64,000 nt of DNA from Cyanophyceae cyanobacterium. GTDB taxonomy: Bacteria > Cyanobacteriota > Cyanobacteriia > Cyanobacteriales > Laspinemataceae. Shown here in pieces: positions 17,030 to 23,910 of the stretch; the first letter of the stretch is position 1; each line of letters starts with the position of its first letter. The stretch covers positions 1 to 64,000 of the forward strand of contig JBBQFN010000015.1 of the NCBI GenBank assembly GCA_038321985.1. The letters are read 5' to 3'. A model generated the notes under the pieces. The model was not told the origin of the DNA and did not search any database. It worked only from the letters and a program-made list of their open reading frames with translations. The position numbers and the translations under genes are program-made.

Positions 17030-19741
17030 TCAACCTCCTTCTTGACCGACAGTAGAGGTAGGGGTTTCCTCTTGTCGGGGGGTTACAGCAAAGTTCACCC
17101 GTGCCATACCCCCAGGTTCGAGGCGCACGAGACGGGATAGACTATTGCGCTCATTCACAAACTGATTGGGTGCGAGGGTGTATCCAGGAACGCTAGACAG
17201 GTCTAGAGTAGCGGTGCGATATCCGCCGACGACATTAGCGACGGAGAACAATCCTTGTTCATCGGTGATGATCCGGTTGCCATCATCGAGGAAAAGTATG
17301 GCGTTGGAGATACCCGGTTCATCGGGTTGTTGTTCGCCATCGAAGTTGAGGTCCTCAAATACCCGACCAATTAAGGTGCCGCAGTCGGATAAAATACCGG
17401 GTGCGATGCGCAGGGAATGTACGGCAGGACCATCTTTAACTTGGAGGCCGGTATCCACCCGCTGACCGTTGGCAAAGGCAGAGTTGCGACCATTGCCGCG
17501 CAAGGCATCGGGGGTGATGCGTGCGGCATAGGCAATATTGAGGACTTCGGCGGGAGGGATGGTGACGGTAGAGGCATCGAAGGTGATAGAACGGCCATCG
17601 TGAGTGGAGGTGATACCGACCTGCTGACCGGAGATTTCGGCGCGAACGGAATCTGGGCGTAATTGGAATCCCAGGGGGAGGAAGTCAGCGGCGATGATGC
17701 CGGTGACTGGGGAGTTAGAAAGGTTGCGGATTGCCAGACGGTAGATGACGGTATCACCGGGTTCGGCAGCAATGCGATCGCCGGTTTTATCGATTTGGAT
17801 TTCCTGGGCTTCGCAGACACTGGTAGTCAGGTCAAAGGTGCCTAAATTCAAACCGACTTGATTGCGATCGCGAATGTCAATGGTGCCCGTAGCGAAGGTG
17901 CTGTTATTAAGAACATTGAGTGGACGTCCATCTAGGGAAGTGGCGGTATAAGTTACTAAGCCATTATTGTTGTCCGTGATATCGAGGCGGATGCGGCGTT
18001 CGGCATAGTTTGCACCGGAGGGGGGAGTGACTAATAAAATATATTGTTGTCCTGGATCGAGTTGACCTCGGTTGACATCCAGGAGGAAATTATAAGTGCC
18101 TTTTTCTCCGTTGGTCAGGAAGAAAGGGTTGGCATTTTCTAGGTTAGGAGAAATCCCCTGGCGAACTTCGGTAGGGGTTAGAGAGACTACCCCTTGAATT
18201 CCCCCGGTAGGATCGCTGGGGTTGGGTTGGTAGAGTCCTACCCTAAATCCGCTGTAGTCGGCTAACAGTTCTCCCGCACATCCTGTAATCCGTCCCAGTC
18301 CCTCTGGGCGAGGAGTAGATGGGAGGGTTGGGGTAATAATTACGGTTTGCGGACTGGTGGGTTGTTGGGGAATCTCTGGAGTAGTGGGAATGTTGACGGT
18401 TACCCCTGTTCCCTCGGTGGGGATAGGTCCGACTTCTACCTCTACCACAATCTGAACACCGCCACCAGGTTGCAAAATTACATCCGTCGGAGTGGTGACG
18501 GGTTGTAGTTGCGGGGGAGTCGGAGTGAGAGTAGGAGGGGTGGGAATGGGTAGGGGTTGAATATCCGGTGACGGAGTAATAATTAGTTCTGGTTGAGGAC
18601 CTGGTTGAGGACCGGGTTGAGGACCGGGTTGAGGACCGGGTTGAGGTTCCGGTTGAGGTTCCGGTTGAGGACCTGGTTGAGGTTCTGGTTGAGGACCTGG
18701 TTGAGGTTCTGGTTGAGGACCGGGTTGAGGACCGGGTTGAGGTTCCGGTTCAGGGAAACAATCGCGAACGAGGAAAACACCACTGTCATTGCCGATCATA
18801 GAATAACTAACCCCACGGACAATGCCGTTGCTGGTTTCTCGTTGAACGGCGTCGGGGTCGGGAACTTGAAAGCGCAGGAGACTATCGCTGGGGTTGGTCA
18901 GGGTGAATTCAAAATAAAGCACATCCCCTTGTTCAATGCCACTGCGAACGCCGTTACGAAGGTTGCGGATTTCTTCGATAAAGTCTTCGGCAAGGTCTCG
19001 TAGGAGGGTTTCGCGACTGGGAACGGCGGCAACCATTGCTTGAAATGCGGCGCGGAAAGTGTCGTCTACGGGTGCGTTATCTCCAGCAGAGACAATGGTA
19101 GAGATGAGTTGTTGGGTGACGGTTTCTGCTTCGGCAGGGGTGAGTCCGTCGCCCGTGAGGATAGATTTAGAAAGTTCGGCAGTCAAGGCGATCGCCGTTT
19201 CTTGTGCTTGTGCGCGTTCGAGTTGGGCGATCGCTTGCGCTTTATCCGGAACTGCTTGAACGACAGCATCCCGAGTGGCGATCGCCACTTCCCGGAAACT
19301 CGACGCTACCGGCAATTGCGCCAAAGTAACGGTTACGGCAATCACGGCACGAGTTGCTTCTGCCTGGGTAAATCCCAGCTTGATTAACTCATCTGCCAAG
19401 GCACCGGCAAAGGCACCGGAGACACGATTGTTTCCTCCATCCCGAATCCCACTGGGGTTAACCGTGATGGGTCCTCCCCCAACTACTGCATCGGTAATCG
19501 AGTTAGAGACTCCTCCAATCTGATTTGTGCCATCGCTGCTGTAACTGTAGGCTGCTTCATTTTGAAGCAAGTATCCGGGAATCACACATTGGGGGTTATC
19601 TTGAGCAGAAGCTGAGGAAAAATTGCCTGTTTTAAGAAATAGAGTACCGACTGTCCCGGCAAGCAGGGTGGCAGTGACTGCCCAGAAGACGGGACGAGTC
19701 GTGAGTTTGGAGTTAGTCACCCCGGATTGTGGATGCTTCAT
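17030..19741 (-). CDS. DUF11-domain protein with a C-terminal SdrD-B/Cna-B-like domain
   Basis: Signal peptide ..SASA-Q; IQIDKTGDRIAAEPGDTVIYRLAIRN DUF11; GTLIGRVFEDLNFDGEQQPDEPGI..IITDEQGLFS SdrD-B-like; ATGA overlap with the upstream gene. Confidence 0.85.
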   Translation of the reverse strand: MKHPQSGVTNSKLTTRPVFWAVTATLLAGTVGTLFLKTGNFSSASAQDNPQCVIPGYLLQNEAAYSYSSDGTNQIGGVSNSITDAVVGGGPITVNPSGIRDGGNNRVSGAFAGALADELIKLGFTQAEATRAVIAVTVTLAQLPVASSFREVAIATRDAVVQAVPDKAQAIAQLERAQAQETAIALTAELSKSILTGDGLTPAEAETVTQQLISTIVSAGDNAPVDDTFRAAFQAMVAAVPSRETLLRDLAEDFIEEIRNLRNGVRSGIEQGDVLYFEFTLTNPSDSLLRFQVPDPDAVQRETSNGIVRGVSYSMIGNDSGVFLVRDCFPEPEPQPGPQPGPQPEPQPGPQPEPQPGPQPEPQPEPQPGPQPGPQPGPQPGPQPELIITPSPDIQPLPIPTPPTLTPTPPQLQPVTTPTDVILQPGGGVQIVVEVEVGPIPTEGTGVTVNIPTTPEIPQQPTSPQTVIITPTLPSTPRPEGLGRITGCAGELLADYSGFRVGLYQPNPSDPTGGIQGVVSLTPTEVRQGISPNLENANPFFLTNGEKGTYNFLLDVNRGQLDPGQQYILLVTPPSGANYAERRIRLDITDNNNGLVTYTATSLDGRPLNVLNNSTFATGTIDIRDRNQVGLNLGTFDLTTSVCEAQEIQIDKTGDRIAAEPGDTVIYRLAIRNLSNSPVTGIIAADFLPLGFQLRPDSVRAEISGQQVGITSTHDGRSITFDASTVTIPPAEVLNIAYAARITPDALRGNGRNSAFANGQRVDTGLQVKDGPAVHSLRIAPGILSDCGTLIGRVFEDLNFDGEQQPDEPGISNAILFLDDGNRIITDEQGLFSVANVVGGYRTATLDLSSVPGYTLAPNQFVNERNSLSRLVRLEPGGMARVNFAVTPRQEETPTSTVGQEGG
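18586..18752. repeat. 12-bp tandem repeat encoding a (PQPG/PQPE)n linker
   Basis: About 13 copies of GGTTGAGG[A/T][C/T]C[C/T/G] units on the plus strand. Confidence 0.9.
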
Positions 19742-20337
19742 TGCACCTGTACCTCAAACTGTCCCGTAACGACGGTTGCCGGTGGCAGGGGATTGGCTAA
19801 GGTCCAACGGATGTGGGTATAAGCGTCTGGCGGTGCAGGTTTAGTTTCCACTTGACCATTTTCTAAGGTGACTTCCACGGTCGGACGCTCTACAAAGGTT
19901 GTGCTGTTATCGATGCTGTAGGTAATTTCGGCATCGATGTCGATGGTAGAGGAGTCGGGGAGATAAATTACAGGGTCAGGGATTGGTTGAGTGAGGATGA
20001 AGTTGGCGATCGCCTGATCGGTTTGATTTTCAGCCGCGATCGTATAGCGCAGGATATCCCCCGGTTGCACTGATGCCGGAGGTGGCAATTCTAACCACTC
20101 AGTATTGACGTTCCCCTGCTCATCTTCAACGGTGATTTGTTTATAAACGGCAAGACGAATCTGAACCCGGTTGCCTTGGGTAAGGAGAAATTTACAGGAC
20201 CCGGTAGCGCCACAGGACCCGGTAACGCTGGTATTCTCCGGGGATGGTTTAACTGATGTCATTCCCAAACCCGGAAGAGACAGATTCCCTATTAGTCCAA
20301 ACGTTATCATTAAAATCACTAACGGGTTTTCCTGCAT
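19738..20337 (-). CDS. Small secreted single-domain DUF11/TIGR01451-like protein
   Basis: Hydrophobic N-terminus; VQPGDILRYTIAAENQTDQAIANFILTQPIP; YSIDN; YTHIRW; ends GQFEVQVQ. Confidence 0.85.
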   Translation of the reverse strand: MQENPLVILMITFGLIGNLSLPGLGMTSVKPSPENTSVTGSCGATGSCKFLLTQGNRVQIRLAVYKQITVEDEQGNVNTEWLELPPPASVQPGDILRYTIAAENQTDQAIANFILTQPIPDPVIYLPDSSTIDIDAEITYSIDNSTTFVERPTVEVTLENGQVETKPAPPDAYTHIRWTLANPLPPATVVTGQFEVQVQ

Positions 20338-20399
20338 TTCTTTCTCCCCTGGTTACTTATCCGGTTATTAACACCGGTTCGATTAAACGGTCGATTTAA

Positions 20400-22862
20400 T
20401 TAATTCACCTGGCGGCGAAATGTAAACGTTCCCGATTCTCCTGGCGCGATCGCCTGAATCACTCGCACCACATACCGCGTTACATCCGTCTCGACGGTAG
20501 TCCCGCTTTGTTCCCCCGTCCCCGTCGTTGCCGGTCTACCTCGAAAAAATTGAATTTCTCCTCCGTTAGAATCCACGGCAGAACCCACCACATGAGAGGT
20601 GTCAATTCCTGTAGTCGGATTGCGATCGCGGTCTAAATTAGCTGTATCTAATGCCCAATTATTCCCTTTAGGATTGGTAACCGGATCATAGGTTGTCCCA
20701 TCTTCGGTAATTACTAAATTTCTAGCACTTAAGGTGACGTTTCCCTGACCCCCAACCGTGGAAAAGTTGTTGTAAGTCACTTGATATTCGATAATATTGC
20801 CGGGGGAGGGAGTTTTGACCTCGGTACTAAAGGTTTCCTGTCCAGGCAGCACATCCGGTCCCGTTCCTTTGAGGATGCGGGATTCTTTAGTCGTCTGGAT
20901 AAATCCGGTATAAATCCGGTTAATCGTGATATTCCCTTGTTCTCCTGGATCAAACGTCCCGTTGCCATCGGTATCGATAAAGGCAGCGATCGGCACCTCA
21001 TAGGCGCGATTGGGTTCGGCGGTGGGTAACTGAATCTGCACTTGATAGTCTGCCGGAGAGGCGTTCCCGGGAATCACAAGCGGCGGATTTGAGGTGGTAA
21101 ATCCAGTGGGGGGGTTGTAAACATAGGTCACGGTTTGCTCCCCATAAGTGATGGTAACCGTTGTCCCTGGGGGTAGCGAGTTAGGGTCGCTAGGGGTAAT
21201 TGGTGCGATCGTGATGGGTTGACCCGTAGGATTGACGACTGTATTCCCAAAATCTACAGGAGGAGGCGTTACAGGTTGTCCCGGGGGAACATTGGGAGGA
21301 ATGGGGACCACTTCATTCGAGAAGTCGTTATTATTATCCGTCGGACCCACTGCCCCTGGTGCTTCCGTTGGACCATTTTGAATCGTCGTCGTTGTAGAGG
21401 GCAGGGGGACCCGATTGGATTCGCCTCCCGGTCCTGTGCCGGTATTACTATTGTTAGGGTCAACGCCATCGGTTTCTGGGTTGGGTATTCCCGAGGATAC
21501 AACGGGATTCCCCTCGGCATCCAGGACGGGTAATGTCCCATCATCGTTAAAGTTACTGGGACTTTGGTCTCCGGATTCGTCATACACTAGGCGGTCCGGG
21601 TTCCCCGCAGTCCCCCCAAAAACCTGGGCCATATTGGCGATCGCCGTTGTTCCCGGCGCAATATTGCGGGTCACGACTTTAAACTCAAATCCACTCACCA
21701 CCGTTCCTTGGGTAATGGTATTTTCGGAGATAAATCCGACTCGTCGCACATTAGCAACTCCCCCGACTGCGGCGACATCCGTCCGCCAATTAGCTTGTAA
21801 AGAGTTAGCACCATTGGGATCATCTGCTGTAAACACAATTTGCCATCCCTGGGGTGCAATAGCTGAATCCAGCACAAATTCAGTCCCCACGGGCATCGCA
21901 TCAGAAATCAAAATTCGGTTAACCAGGTTCCCATCTACATTAATGGGAAACCGTTCATTCGGGGCTAAATCTCCCGGCACAAATCCCGTTACTCCCGGCG
22001 GCAATTGCGATCGCACATCTAACGCCAGTTGATAAGAAATCACATCATCTGCCGGGTCCGCCGGATTATTAATTTCAATGGGCGTTCCATGAGTTTTATA
22101 CAGGGCCGGCAACGCCAAAGGCACTGCTTGCACCGTCACGGTTTGTGTCGCACTCGCCCCTCGGGTCCCATTCACCGGAAACCCTGCCACCTCTCCAGGA
22201 ACCGCGCCATCTGGGTTATCTGTAGTATAAACATCCCCTACTCCGGGGTCTTGTGATACATTTTGCTCATCCCCGGGAGTATTCCCCAACTGGACTGCAA
22301 TTTCACTACCCACCCCTGCATCAGAACGCACCGTTACCGGCACCCGCACCAGAATACTGCCATCTGCTGGGACCGAATCGGTAATCAGTTCCGTTCCGGT
22401 AATCGGGACCCAAGTCTGCCCCCCATCAGTGCTAATTTCCAAATTACCCGCTACTGTACCCGGTCCAGTAATATTGGCAGAATTAGGAATGCTAAAGCGG
22501 GTGGGGTCGTTTCCCACATTGGTGACTTGATATTGAAAATAAAGCAGGTCTCCAACGTCGATGCGATCGTCCCCGTCGGTATCACTTACCCCCGAGGGTT
22601 GCACCGTAATTCCGGCAACTTCCGCCACCGTTATCGTTACCGTGTTCGATTCAACTTCAATCGGTATCCCCGGATTTTGCGGGTCCTCAAAACTGCCGGT
22701 TGCCCGGTTTTCGATGGGTGTTCCGGCGGGTGTTCCAGCGGCAAAAACCGGAAATCTTATTCCTAAAATTAGCGGAAAAAATCCTATTCCTCCCAGCAAC
22801 CCTGTTATTAGTAAATAGGGGTGCTTTGCCCGCTGCGAGCCCTCGTATTTAGTGGATTCCAC
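20400..22862 (-). CDS. Secreted DUF11-like multidomain protein (candidate major fibre subunit)
   Basis: GTG start; signal peptide ending PVFA; mature N-terminus AGTPAGTPIENRATGSF..ESNTVTITV; VTNVGNDP; terminal TTK..PGNIIEYQVTYNN..PGESGTFTFRRQVN domain. Confidence 0.85.
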   Translation of the reverse strand: MESTKYEGSQRAKHPYLLITGLLGGIGFFPLILGIRFPVFAAGTPAGTPIENRATGSFEDPQNPGIPIEVESNTVTITVAEVAGITVQPSGVSDTDGDDRIDVGDLLYFQYQVTNVGNDPTRFSIPNSANITGPGTVAGNLEISTDGGQTWVPITGTELITDSVPADGSILVRVPVTVRSDAGVGSEIAVQLGNTPGDEQNVSQDPGVGDVYTTDNPDGAVPGEVAGFPVNGTRGASATQTVTVQAVPLALPALYKTHGTPIEINNPADPADDVISYQLALDVRSQLPPGVTGFVPGDLAPNERFPINVDGNLVNRILISDAMPVGTEFVLDSAIAPQGWQIVFTADDPNGANSLQANWRTDVAAVGGVANVRRVGFISENTITQGTVVSGFEFKVVTRNIAPGTTAIANMAQVFGGTAGNPDRLVYDESGDQSPSNFNDDGTLPVLDAEGNPVVSSGIPNPETDGVDPNNSNTGTGPGGESNRVPLPSTTTTIQNGPTEAPGAVGPTDNNNDFSNEVVPIPPNVPPGQPVTPPPVDFGNTVVNPTGQPITIAPITPSDPNSLPPGTTVTITYGEQTVTYVYNPPTGFTTSNPPLVIPGNASPADYQVQIQLPTAEPNRAYEVPIAAFIDTDGNGTFDPGEQGNITINRIYTGFIQTTKESRILKGTGPDVLPGQETFSTEVKTPSPGNIIEYQVTYNNFSTVGGQGNVTLSARNLVITEDGTTYDPVTNPKGNNWALDTANLDRDRNPTTGIDTSHVVGSAVDSNGGEIQFFRGRPATTGTGEQSGTTVETDVTRYVVRVIQAIAPGESGTFTFRRQVN

Positions 22863-23294
22863 AATAAAATGACCCCGGAGTAACTGATAGATGCTCTTAA
22901 AATGCCCCCGATGCTAATGCCCCCAAGCTGACTCTAAATCCTTTCTTGATTAGCAGATTAGGCGATTGTTTGGTCTTGCCAAAAATCCTCTTTAAACTTA
23001 ATAAATGAAGTTCCTTTAATTCAACCCCTCCCTTAACAAAATTGTTAAACCTTTATAAGTATGTTTTTCCCTTTACCGTAGGTTAATGCTTCACTAATTA
23101 AGCTCAAAATTCTCAGCCTTGTCAAGACTTGTTAATATTTCTTTACAAAGAATTTACATTTTTCATCCGGAGGAGTTCATAAATTGATGAAATTTTGACT
23201 TCAGAAATTTGAATTTGTTCCGCAAAAAGATAAAATATTCGCAACTAGAGCCTGAAATCTTAATCAAACCCCACAAACCGAGGAAGGAAGAACC

Positions 23295-23633
23295 ATGAAA
23301 AACCAGATTGATGGACCTGAATATGGCATTGTCTGGGTCACAGCCCCCTCACGCACCGAAGCTGAGGCGATCGCAGAAGCCCTCGTGGAATCGGGGCTGG
23401 CCGCTTGTGTCAGCCTCAGCCCCATTCAATCGATTTATACTTGGCAAGGTCAGGTTAATAAAGAAGAAGAATTTCAACTCACAATTAAAACCGATTTGCG
23501 TCAATTTACCCGAATAGAATCCACCGTTAAATCCTTGCATTCCTACGAGGTTCCCGAAATAATTTCCCTCCCAATTCTAGGGGGATATGCGCCTTACTTA
23601 AACTGGATTTCCGAATCAGTTGTGAGAAATTAA
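23295..23633 (+). CDS. cutA: Divalent-cation tolerance protein CutA
   Basis: VWVTAP, LAACV, SIYTWQG, LHSYEVPEI, YLNW motifs. Confidence 0.95.
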   Translation: MKNQIDGPEYGIVWVTAPSRTEAEAIAEALVESGLAACVSLSPIQSIYTWQGQVNKEEEFQLTIKTDLRQFTRIESTVKSLHSYEVPEIISLPILGGYAPYLNWISESVVRN

Positions 23634-23910
23634 AATCTATCTCACAACAGGCCCACAAAGCAGGAACCGGAGAAACTGGTACATCATGAAAGACAGGAGA
23701 CTGCACAGGAGGATTTATCTTGGATCCAAGCATACCCCCAAAGGAGGAAGGGACAACCCGTCGGCAGTCGTCCCTACAAAGAAAACAGCGAGTATAATAT
23801 CTCCATAGGCATAGACTTGCCTATTCTGGAGTGTAGTATAACGAGGGGGAACGAAAAATAATGCGCCCCTTCATAGGAAACAGTTCACCCTCAATCCTTC
23901 CCAACCCCTT

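Noticed and set aside
18586..18752. Possible non-coding repeat array or CRISPR
   Set aside because: In-frame 12-bp coding repeat without spacers
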